Source: an uncultured virus (IMG/VR IMGVR_UViG_3300020379_000310)
Taxonomy: Duplodnaviria > Heunggongvirae > Uroviricota > Caudoviricetes
Virus record (IMG/VR): IMGVR_UViG_3300020379_000310
DNA: 64,000 nt
Reading direction: 5' to 3' (one strand)
Shown piece by piece: positions 10,619-18,644 of the stretch; the stretch's first letter is position 1, and each line of letters begins with the position of its first letter. The position numbers and the translations under genes are program-made. Under the pieces are notes generated by a model that searched no databases, had not been told where the DNA came from, and saw nothing but the letters and a program-made list of their open reading frames with translations.

Positions 10619-12014
10619 TGCTTGTACACATGACGCTTCTTTAGCGGTTGTTAAAGATGATGAGATATTGTTTGCCTCTCATAGTGAGAGATTTAGCGGT
10701 ATAAAAAATGATGCATTTCTTAATCCAGAAATTATCACGGAAGCAAAAAAGTATGGTGAACCAGATTATGTTTATTGGTATGAAAATCCTTGGTTAAAAT
10801 GGACAAGAAAAAAATACGCGGGCCAACAAAGACCGTGGGTAAGTCCTAAAAAATATTTAAAACACTTTGGAATAAAATCACCCTATTACACTACTCATCA
10901 CAAAGCACATGCAGCTGCTGGGTATTACACTTCACCTTTTAATAGTTCAGCAGTATTGGTTATTGATGCTATTGGTGAATGGACTACTACATCCATATGG
11001 AAAAATATGGAGAAAAAGTGGGCTGTAAGTTATCCAATATCATTGGGATTGTTTTATTCCGCGATGACAGATAGAATTGGATTGAAGGCAAATGAAGATG
11101 AGTATATTCTTATGGGTATGTCTGCTTATGGTGACCCAGATAGATTTTATGATGATATTAAAGAATTACTAAAAGAGAATCTACATAGAGGTTGTAAGTG
11201 GTGGAATCCACTATTAGAGGAAAAAGATTATTTCGATGTTGCAGCTGCCACGCAAAAAATATACGAAGAACATTTTGTGTCATTGTTAGAAAGAACTAAA
11301 GATATGACAGGTGAGGACAATCTAGTTTTCATGGGTGGTTGTGCTTTAAACTGTTTGGCAAATAGACTTATTCCAGAGCATTTTGATAATCATTGGATAA
11401 TGCCGAATCCTGGCGATGCTGGTTCTTCTATTGGTGCGATTGCATCTAAAGAATGTATAAAACTAAAATGGAAAACTCCGTATCTTGGATATAATATAGA
11501 AGGTAAATATCCAACCAACAATCTATTCAAAGAATTGGTAGATAATAAGATAGTTGGTGTTGCAAATGGGAGAGCTGAATTTGGCCCAAGAGCATTGGGT
11601 AATAGAAGTTTACTTGCAGACCCGAAAGGTTCTAAAATGAAAGACCTTGTAAACAAAATAAAAAAGAGACAAGAGTTTAGACCATTTGCACCTGTAGTAT
11701 TAGAATCAGAAGTACACAAGTACTTTGATGTACCAAGGGGATTCCAATCACCATATATGCAACATGTGGTTAAATGTAAACAACCAGAAGACTTTCCTGC
11801 CATCGTACATAAAGATGGAACTAGTAGGGTACAAACAGTAAACTCAGAACAACACAGTGGATTATCTCAGTTATTAAGAAAATGGAAAAAACACAGTGGA
11901 CACCCGATACTACTAAATACCAGCTTAAATATTAAAGGTGAACCAATCGTCAACGATGAAAAAGACGCGATTAGGTTTGAAAAAAAGTATGGAGTTAAAG
12001 TGTGCGTGAGATAA
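10599..12014 (+). CDS. carbamoyltransferase (NodU/CmcH/TobZ family)
   Basis: HDAS, HHKAHAA, IDAIGE, GGCALNC, PGDAG, EFGPRALGNRS, FRPFAP, LLNTSLN motifs. Confidence 0.95.
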   Translation: MISWGISACTHDASLAVVKDDEILFASHSERFSGIKNDAFLNPEIITEAKKYGEPDYVYWYENPWLKWTRKKYAGQQRPWVSPKKYLKHFGIKSPYYTTHHKAHAAAGYYTSPFNSSAVLVIDAIGEWTTTSIWKNMEKKWAVSYPISLGLFYSAMTDRIGLKANEDEYILMGMSAYGDPDRFYDDIKELLKENLHRGCKWWNPLLEEKDYFDVAAATQKIYEEHFVSLLERTKDMTGEDNLVFMGGCALNCLANRLIPEHFDNHWIMPNPGDAGSSIGAIASKECIKLKWKTPYLGYNIEGKYPTNNLFKELVDNKIVGVANGRAEFGPRALGNRSLLADPKGSKMKDLVNKIKKRQEFRPFAPVVLESEVHKYFDVPRGFQSPYMQHVVKCKQPEDFPAIVHKDGTSRVQTVNSEQHSGLSQLLRKWKKHSGHPILLNTSLNIKGEPIVNDEKDAIRFEKKYGVKVCVR

Positions 12015-12868
12015 AGTATCATAATGGTGAAACTATAAAGGTAGACGGACTACATTTCTATGGGTGTTCTTATATTGCTGGACAGGAATTACTTGACCAT
12101 GAAATACCAGACCCAATGGCTATTGACCCCAAAAAGATGATGCAACAAAAAGGAGAAAGAGTCGAAGATTATTATAGACGAAAACTTGCTAGAGAACTTC
12201 TTTTTAAGAAAAAACTAAAACTAGAAAAACAATTATCTTGGTGTCAACACACAACCAACCAACTAAAACTTAGATGTTATAATCATGGTATACATGGATG
12301 TTCTACTACTCAAGTAAAAGGTTTGATTGTACAACATATGGTACAGGGGTTATACGAAAAACAAAAAGAAGCTATAGTAGTTGGTATGACAGGATTTGCC
12401 AGAGAAATGGTTTTTGCAGAAGATGAATCTATGCTTTTAAATGTTGGAACACTTGGTTCCGCGAGAAGTTTAGTTGTAGCCACTCATGCAGAAAGAAGAG
12501 GTGATGTTCAGTTTGCAAAAAAATATATGATGCTCAAGGGTGTCTACACTTTGTTTTGGAATTATCTCCATGAAATCTACAATATAATCAATATTTGTGA
12601 ACTAAATGATATCAAGTTATATCTTATCCCCATGTTAGACCCATTTGACCCCAAATGGTATAAAAAACAATATGACATTGGTTTTAAAGAGGGTGAATTC
12701 AATGAACAAATTCAATTTATAGAATCAAAAATAGATAAGTATATAATAGAAGATATGAAGTTAGACCCTTTGGGGGCTAACATTATAAAACGATTACCAA
12801 GGGGCCATCCGTGTGCCGAAAGTCACGAAAAGTACGGTACTAAGGTTGGTGAGAAGTTAACAATATGA
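12002..12868 (+). CDS. SGNH/GDSL-like hydrolase or acyltransferase
   Basis: FYGCSY, NHGIHGCS, C-terminal GHP...H; paralogue of 9809..10618. Confidence 0.55.
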   Translation: MREIKYHNGETIKVDGLHFYGCSYIAGQELLDHEIPDPMAIDPKKMMQQKGERVEDYYRRKLARELLFKKKLKLEKQLSWCQHTTNQLKLRCYNHGIHGCSTTQVKGLIVQHMVQGLYEKQKEAIVVGMTGFAREMVFAEDESMLLNVGTLGSARSLVVATHAERRGDVQFAKKYMMLKGVYTLFWNYLHEIYNIINICELNDIKLYLIPMLDPFDPKWYKKQYDIGFKEGEFNEQIQFIESKIDKYIIEDMKLDPLGANIIKRLPRGHPCAESHEKYGTKVGEKLTI

Positions 12869-13161
12869 ACAACATATTAAGGTTCCCCACCAAAAAGAAA
12901 TGGGAACCTACTGGATACAGAATTAATCTATACACAGAAGAGGATATCTATATAGTTCTCTTATGCCTCAACATCTCCGATGATTTAGATGAACCGCAAA
13001 AATGGGTCAGAAAAGACCTACGCACCTTAGAGCCAGAATTTGTTATAGACAAGATGTCTACATGTCTTGACAATCAAGTTTTGTCCGATGCTTGTAAAAA
13101 AAGTATTAGGAAAATAATCAATTCAATAGAGGTCATACCTCTGTCAGCACTACACAATTAA
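12865..13161 (+). CDS. hypothetical protein
   Basis: 98 aa ORF with ATGA overlap. Confidence 0.65.
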   Translation: MNNILRFPTKKKWEPTGYRINLYTEEDIYIVLLCLNISDDLDEPQKWVRKDLRTLEPEFVIDKMSTCLDNQVLSDACKKSIRKIINSIEVIPLSALHN

Positions 13162-13232
13162 GGAGAGACCATGTAATAGAAATCTTTATGATGGATATCA
13201 ATTTTTTAACCAACCATCTGGAGAGATACCAA

Positions 13233-13994
13233 ATGCCAAGACGCAAAACGAACCTTCAAGTAATCGAAAATTTAAATTCCGATGTGAAAAGGGTGAAAGA
13301 GAAATCTACCTTAAAAATGCGTATAGAGGATTTAATTACAGTCGATGCAATCACAGAAACCCAAGGACAATTTTTTGCAGAGTATAAAAAAGATTGTAAA
13401 GCAATGTTACTACATGGGTGTGCTGGTACAGGAAAAACATACATTGCCCTGTATCGAGCATTAGAGGAGGTTTTACAAAGAGGAAACCCATACAAGAAAG
13501 TAGTCGTTATTCGGTCAGCAGTCCCATCAAGAGAGATAGGTCACTTGCCGGGCGATGAAACAGAAAAGACACAAGTATACATGCAACCATATATTGACAT
13601 GTGTTCCGATTTATTCCCAAAGAAAACACAAGCATTCCAAAGACTAATTGAACAAAAATATGTAGAGTGGATGATTACATCTTTTGTAAGGGGAATCACA
13701 CTGGACAATTCAATTATAATAGTCGATGAATGTCAAAATATGAACGACATGGAGATAAATTCAATCATAACTCGCGTAGGACACAATAGTAAGATACTAT
13801 TCTGTGGAGATTTCCGTCAAACAGACCTATATAAAAGAGGTGATTTGAGTGGATTGCAGAAATTCATGGTAATTGCTGAAAATATGCCTTCATTTAGGAC
13901 TTTAGAGTTTGATACAGACGATATTGTTAGGTCTGACCTAGTAAAAGAGTACTTAGTGGCGAGAATGTCATACGAAGAACAATATGGTACTTGA
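13233..13994 (+). CDS. phoH: PhoH-like ATPase
   Basis: GCAGTGKT Walker A, IGHLPG, RGITL, DECQN, GDFRQTD, DIVRS; GGAG RBS before ATG 13233. Confidence 0.95.
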   Translation: MPRRKTNLQVIENLNSDVKRVKEKSTLKMRIEDLITVDAITETQGQFFAEYKKDCKAMLLHGCAGTGKTYIALYRALEEVLQRGNPYKKVVVIRSAVPSREIGHLPGDETEKTQVYMQPYIDMCSDLFPKKTQAFQRLIEQKYVEWMITSFVRGITLDNSIIIVDECQNMNDMEINSIITRVGHNSKILFCGDFRQTDLYKRGDLSGLQKFMVIAENMPSFRTLEFDTDDIVRSDLVKEYLVARMSYEEQYGT

Positions 13995-14019
13995 CTTTTG
14001 CTAAAAGGCCGTGTATAAT
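13991..14019 (+). promoter_or_regulatory. sigma70-type (early) promoter
   Basis: TTGACT-17 bp-TATAAT upstream of the exonuclease gene. Confidence 0.75.
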
Positions 14020-14046
14020 GGTCACATAATATAGGATTTTTACATA

Positions 14047-14706
14047 ATGTTTACACATATTGACAAAAAGCACGATTTCCCCCAGTTAATGAGGGAGAAT
14101 TTTGAAGGAAAACGGACATATGTAACGGAAAATGGTGATAGATACCCTTCTATCACCACCGTTCTTGGATATAAGATAAAACCAGCCATAAAAGCATGGA
14201 GAAAGAAGGTAGGAGAACAGGCAGCGAACAAAATATCGCGTCAATCGTCTGTTCGAGGAACCAAAATTCATGGTATTTGTGAGGATTATCTTAATAACAA
14301 GGAACTTGATACTAAAATGTTGTCCTTTGTAGAGGAAGACATGTTCGATAACATGCGCCTTTACCTTGATAAGATAGATAACATACACGCGATTGAACAA
14401 TTTTTGTACAGCGACCATCTAAGACTTGCTGGTCAGGCTGATTGCATCGCTGAATTTGAGGGAAAATTGTCAATCATCGACTTTAAGACATCCGCAAAAC
14501 TCAAAAAGAAGTCATATATCAAGAATTATTTCGCTCAATGTGCTGGTTATGCCATCATGTTTGAGGAAAGAACTGGTATTCCAATAGACCAAAGTGTAAT
14601 TATTATAGGTGTACAAGACGAAGAACCACAACTTTTTGTAGAACATCGTGACAATTACACAGATTACCTACTAGAATGTAGAGATTTGTATGAAAATAAC
14701 GCTTGA
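14047..14706 (+). CDS. PD-(D/E)XK exonuclease (Cas4/lambda-exo-like)
   Basis: YPSITTVL, RGTKIH, AGQADCI, IIDFKTS, QCAGYA; follows phoH as in marine T4-like phages. Confidence 0.85.
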   Translation: MFTHIDKKHDFPQLMRENFEGKRTYVTENGDRYPSITTVLGYKIKPAIKAWRKKVGEQAANKISRQSSVRGTKIHGICEDYLNNKELDTKMLSFVEEDMFDNMRLYLDKIDNIHAIEQFLYSDHLRLAGQADCIAEFEGKLSIIDFKTSAKLKKKSYIKNYFAQCAGYAIMFEERTGIPIDQSVIIIGVQDEEPQLFVEHRDNYTDYLLECRDLYENNA

Positions 14707-14736
14707 CATTTGGTTGGTAAGCTGGTATTATAAATA
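14703..14736 (+). promoter_or_regulatory. overlapping sigma70 promoter and T4-type late promoter of the tmRNA gene
   Basis: TTGACA (14703)-17 bp-TATTAT (14726), overlapped by TATAAATA (14729-14736). Confidence 0.8.
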
Positions 14737-14741
14737 AATTA

Positions 14742-14997
14742 ACTCGTTGAAACAAGTCAAACGGTTAACAGGACGAGGGTGCAAATCCCTCCGCCTCCAC
14801 CAATTAATCCTTATAGACTCGACTAAGGGGGCGAATAGGATCGACTGGGACTTATTAGAGGAGTGGAGAGTTCGGAAATGGAGCTGCCGTAAGTGCGACA
14901 AAACTATAAACGCAGAAGAAGATACTGCTTATGAGGATTACGCTTTAGCGGCGTAAAATCGCTCGGGGTTCGGGGACGCCTATCAACAGAAGTCCCC
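14742..14997 (+). ncRNA. ssrA: circularly permuted (two-piece) tmRNA
   Basis: Acceptor piece first: T-arm GAGGG-TGCAAAT-CCCTC, then CGCCTCC-ACCA ending at 14802; 24 nt spacer; coding piece starts GGGGGCG at 14827, giving a 7 bp acceptor stem with G3-U70; resume codon GCA at 14912 encodes AEEDTAYEDYALAA* (stop ends 14956); 3' hairpin GGGGAC/GTCCCC. Confidence 0.95.
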
Positions 14998-15028
14998 ATT
15001 TTTATCTCATTAAGAGAAGGAGGAAGAT

Positions 15029-15139
15029 ATGTGGTTAATTACAGGACTCATTATCGGAGTCGTAGTTGGAGCATGGATTAAAGACCGAAAATCTTGGTTA
15101 GATTTTCTTGACTCACCATTTGATAAGCTGCCGTTTTAA
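15029..15139 (+). CDS. small single-pass membrane peptide (36 aa), not in the ORF track
   Basis: Strong RBS AAGGAGG; MWLITGLIIGVVVGAWIKDRKSWLDFLDSPFDKLPF. Confidence 0.7.
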   Translation: MWLITGLIIGVVVGAWIKDRKSWLDFLDSPFDKLPF

Positions 15140-15156
15140 CAAACTAACACTTTCAA

Positions 15157-15711
15157 ATGTACAGTTGGTTTTTGACCGCCGTATGTGCTGTATCACTTTG
15201 TTTGATACCAGTACAAAATGCGAATGACTACTTCATCGAAGAAGACAGGGTTTTAGTTGTTGACGAAGCAATAATCTTTATCGATAAAGAAATATCTTGT
15301 CTTGCAGTTAACATTTATCATGAAGCAAGGGGCGAAAGCAAAGAAGGTAAACTTGCAGTTGCTTTCGTAACCTTGAATCGTGTTAAAAGTAATGCATATC
15401 CAGACACAGTTTGTGGCGTTGTTTATCAAGGATACCACAAACCGTCTTGGAGAGATGAAACAAAAATGGTTCCAATCAGGCATCGTTGTCAGTTTAGTTG
15501 GTACTGTGATGGTAAACCCGACATAGTACGCGATTTCAACATATACGAAGAAATCATTAAACTGTCAATAGATGTTTGGGAAGATAGGTATGAAGATAAT
15601 ACAAATGGAAGTTTGTTTTATCATGCCGATTATGTGGAACCGACATGGGCGCAACACATGGCGAAAACAGTAAAGATAGATAGACATATATTCTATACCG
15701 CGAGTTATTAA
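15157..15711 (+). CDS. cell wall hydrolase, SleB/CwlJ (Hydrolase_2) family
   Basis: CLAVNIYHEARGE, VTLNRV, CQFSW, FYHADYV, HIFY; hydrophobic N-terminus. Confidence 0.9.
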   Translation: MYSWFLTAVCAVSLCLIPVQNANDYFIEEDRVLVVDEAIIFIDKEISCLAVNIYHEARGESKEGKLAVAFVTLNRVKSNAYPDTVCGVVYQGYHKPSWRDETKMVPIRHRCQFSWYCDGKPDIVRDFNIYEEIIKLSIDVWEDRYEDNTNGSLFYHADYVEPTWAQHMAKTVKIDRHIFYTASY

Positions 15712-16631
15712 TGACAAACAAGACTCATAATTTTATCGTGACAGGTGGATGTGGATTTATTGGTTCACATTTAGTAGAAGCATTACTCCTACATGGACAG
15801 AATGTTCTTGTCATAGATGATATGAGAACTGGGAAGACTAAACTCGATAGTAAGAATGTAGAGTACTTACATCAAGATGTTGCATCAGCAATTCCAGTTG
15901 GAAAGTTTGACGCAATATTTCACCTAGCCGCCACGCCCAGAATTAGGTTATCTCAGAAAGACCCATTCGGGACAATCACAAATAACTTTAATTCAACAAT
16001 GGTTGTTGCTGAGTATGCAAGAAGAGAACGAATTCCTTTGTTTTTCGCTGCTTCTTCTAGTACTCAGTTTCTTCATCATCAAGATAATCCTTATACTTTT
16101 TCTAAATGTGTAAATGAAGAAGTCTTACAACTCTATAATAAAATATACGATTTAGAATATCACATGTTGTATTTCTATAATGTATATGGCCCGCGAGAAG
16201 CAGACTACGGTGAATATAGTACTGTAGTTAGAGCATTTAAAAAATGCGTAGAAGAGGGAACCCCTCTCAGAGTTTTTGGTAGTGGTAGAAAACAGAGAGA
16301 CTTTACTCACATACACGATGCCATAGATGGTATACTAAAATTGCTAACAACAAAAAGTAAACCAAGAAATGTTCATTTAGGTTCTGGTAATCCAGTAAGT
16401 ATATTGGATGTCGCAAAGGCATTTGACCATGATTTCATTCATGAATTCGATAAGCCTGGCGAGGCAGAAATAACAGAATGTGAAAAACCATATATTGAAC
16501 CTTCATATGATGTTATAGCATATATCAAAAAATGGAAACAAGATTTTGAAGAAGAACAAATATTACATAATGTAAACAAAGATTTAAGAAAAGTGGAAGA
16601 AAAATATGCCAAAATTGATAGTGGACAATGA
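15711..16631 (+). CDS. NAD-dependent epimerase/dehydratase (extended SDR)
   Basis: TGGCGFIGSH, FHLAA, YTFSK (YxxxK), NVYGP, RDFTH. Confidence 0.9.
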   Translation: MTNKTHNFIVTGGCGFIGSHLVEALLLHGQNVLVIDDMRTGKTKLDSKNVEYLHQDVASAIPVGKFDAIFHLAATPRIRLSQKDPFGTITNNFNSTMVVAEYARRERIPLFFAASSSTQFLHHQDNPYTFSKCVNEEVLQLYNKIYDLEYHMLYFYNVYGPREADYGEYSTVVRAFKKCVEEGTPLRVFGSGRKQRDFTHIHDAIDGILKLLTTKSKPRNVHLGSGNPVSILDVAKAFDHDFIHEFDKPGEAEITECEKPYIEPSYDVIAYIKKWKQDFEEEQILHNVNKDLRKVEEKYAKIDSGQ

Positions 16632-16893
16632 CAAAGAAGAAGAAAAGGTTAGTGATGTATTCATGGTCACTAAAGAGTTTCATACATCAGCCGAGTTCTC
16701 ACAACACATAGAAAAGAAAGCTGTTCAGGCGGGAAATTATATTGATGTTCTTGTTGAATATTGTGGCAGAAATGAAATCGAAATAGAGAGTGTTAAGAAA
16801 TTACTTACAGCATCTCTAAAGGAAAAAATCAAAGCAGAAGCAATTGGACTTAACTTAGTTAAGGGACAGAAGTCTTGTAAGTTACCTATATGA
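16606..16893 (+). CDS. gp33: late promoter transcription coactivator gp33
   Basis: FSQHIEK, YIDVLVEYC, LKEKIKAEA..LNL; 33-59-32 synteny. Confidence 0.85.
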   Translation: MPKLIVDNDKEEEKVSDVFMVTKEFHTSAEFSQHIEKKAVQAGNYIDVLVEYCGRNEIEIESVKKLLTASLKEKIKAEAIGLNLVKGQKSCKLPI

Positions 16894-17471
16894 TTGAACC
16901 TTATGAAGTTTATAAACTATACCTAGCGATTAAACTTCATTTCACTACTAAGTCATATGATGTAGTGAAGTATAAGGGTAAGGTTAGAGTAAAACCAGAG
17001 ACTTTTCGTAAAAGAAAAGATATGGTATCTATAAAGAAACTTGCCAGAGACTATAAACGCGAGGAAATAATAGATTTTTTAGTTGCTAATTTTGTATCTG
17101 GAGAACGATGGGGTGGATTGTTTGATATACAGGCATCCAAGAGATACGAGGATTGGAAGATAAAAAAGAATCAGAGAGAATATCTCTTCAAAAGAGATGT
17201 CTCAAAGATACTACTAGAGATGGAAAAACAAAAAGTTGACGCTTTTTTTGAAAAAAATGGAAAACAGGGCTTGACTTTTCGTCTGTACTTTGGTAGAATG
17301 ATCGAAATTGAAACTCTTGTTATATTAGATAAGATTTTCGATTTTGTAGAAGAAACGGATGATATTTTACTAGAAGATGTTGTACTGCTAGTTAAAAAAT
17401 ATCGACCTTTCATAAGGGTGACCGACTCAATGAAGGAAGTCGCCAAAACACTTACTCAAAAACCTGTATAA
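16890..17471 (+). CDS. gp59: helicase loader gp59
   Basis: YKLYLAIKLHFT..YD..KY.GK, FLVANF, ETLVILD, KYRPF. Confidence 0.9.
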   Translation: MIEPYEVYKLYLAIKLHFTTKSYDVVKYKGKVRVKPETFRKRKDMVSIKKLARDYKREEIIDFLVANFVSGERWGGLFDIQASKRYEDWKIKKNQREYLFKRDVSKILLEMEKQKVDAFFEKNGKQGLTFRLYFGRMIEIETLVILDKIFDFVEETDDILLEDVVLLVKKYRPFIRVTDSMKEVAKTLTQKPV

Positions 17472-17474
17472 ATA
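17467..17474 (+). promoter_or_regulatory. T4-type late promoter
   Basis: TATAAATA followed by GGAG RBS. Confidence 0.7.
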
Positions 17475-17486
17475 GGAGTATACATT

Positions 17487-17669
17487 ATGAGTAGGAAACT
17501 ACGACCTCAGAATGATGAGAAGCGTATACGGAGAGTACCTAGTGAAGATAAGACTAGGCTTGACAAATACAAACATCTCGTGTATAATGAGGAAATCTAT
17601 GAGTCTGAAGAGTTTTTGGACGCTTTAGATAAAAAAAGTAAAATACAACGCAAACATAAACCAATATAA
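17487..17669 (+). CDS. hypothetical basic protein
   Basis: 60 aa ORF with GGAG RBS between gp59 and gp32. Confidence 0.65.
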   Translation: MSRKLRPQNDEKRIRRVPSEDKTRLDKYKHLVYNEEIYESEEFLDALDKKSKIQRKHKPI

Positions 17670-17686
17670 CGCACAAGGAGAAATAT

Positions 17687-18592
17687 ATGTCGTTTAATAC
17701 TATAGAAGAGCTACGCAAGTCGCGTGGCAACATGGACACTCTCATGTCACAAGTTGAGAAGATGTCTACAACCACCACCGAGTCTAATGACGATGGTAGG
17801 GAATGGAAACCAACTGTTGACCAAGCTGGCAATGGGTATGCAGTCATCCGATTTTTGCCCCCAGCAAAAGGTGAAGACCAATATTGGGCACGACTCTGGA
17901 CTCATGGTTTTCAAGGGCCTACTGGAAAGTGGTACATCGAAAACTCTCTCACAACTCTAGGACAACAAGACCCTGTTTCAGAATTGAACAGTGAATTGTG
18001 GAATAGTGGTGTTGAGTCTAACAAAGACATTGCTCGTAAACAAAAGCGTAGACAGTCTTTTTACTCCAACATTCTTGTTGTGAAAGACCCATCGAATCCA
18101 GAAAATGAAGGTAATGTATACCTTTATCGTTATGGCAAAAAAATCTTCGACAAAATTCAAGACTTGTTAAAGCCAGAATTTGAAGATGAAACTCCAGTAA
18201 ATCCTTTTGATTTCTGGGACGGCAGAAACTTCAAACTGAAGATTCGTCAAGTTGAGGGATTCCGAAACTATGACAAGTCGGAGTTTGAGTCTGCTCCATC
18301 ACCAGTAGCTGCTGATGATGAAATTGAGGCAATTTGGGCGAAACAATACTCTCTTGCAGAGATTGTAGACCCATCTAACTTCAAGTCTTATGAAGACCTT
18401 AAATCCAAATTGGATATGGTTCTTCAAGGTGCAAGCAAGGTTCCTACTGCTTCAACTGTTGCAGCCCAGACAGGCGACATTGAAGATGACTTGTTTGTTA
18501 ACCAACAATCTGAAACTACGGTAGTCTCCAATGGTTCAGATAGTGATGACGATGCAATGTCGTACTTTGCAAAACTTGCTGACGATTCCTAA
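17687..18592 (+). CDS. gp32: single-stranded DNA-binding protein gp32
   Basis: GNGYAVIRFLP, WYIENSLTT, YGKKIFDKI, NFKLKIR, acidic tail ending YFAKLADDS. Confidence 0.97.
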   Translation: MSFNTIEELRKSRGNMDTLMSQVEKMSTTTTESNDDGREWKPTVDQAGNGYAVIRFLPPAKGEDQYWARLWTHGFQGPTGKWYIENSLTTLGQQDPVSELNSELWNSGVESNKDIARKQKRRQSFYSNILVVKDPSNPENEGNVYLYRYGKKIFDKIQDLLKPEFEDETPVNPFDFWDGRNFKLKIRQVEGFRNYDKSEFESAPSPVAADDEIEAIWAKQYSLAEIVDPSNFKSYEDLKSKLDMVLQGASKVPTASTVAAQTGDIEDDLFVNQQSETTVVSNGSDSDDDAMSYFAKLADDS

Positions 18593-18611
18593 TATCGTTT
18601 AAGCGTTTGCG

Positions 18612-18644
18612 AGGGGCGACATAAATAGTGTCGCCCCTTTTTTT
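18612..18644 (+). terminator. rho-independent terminator after gp32
   Basis: AGGGGCGACA-TAAATAG-TGTCGCCCCT followed by a T run. Confidence 0.85.

Noticed and set aside
14047..14706. Cas4-like nuclease suggesting a CRISPR system
   Set aside because: No repeat-spacer array or other cas genes seen in the window; a typical phage exonuclease next to phoH
14771..14802. tRNA-like 3' end suggesting a tRNA gene or integration site
   Set aside because: No anticodon arm or upstream 5' half; it pairs with the downstream GGGGGCG as a permuted tmRNA, and no integrase is nearby
14747..14956. 69 aa ORF ending ...AYEDYALAA in the ORF track
   Set aside because: It is the tmRNA tag reading frame extended upstream by chance through structural RNA; no RBS
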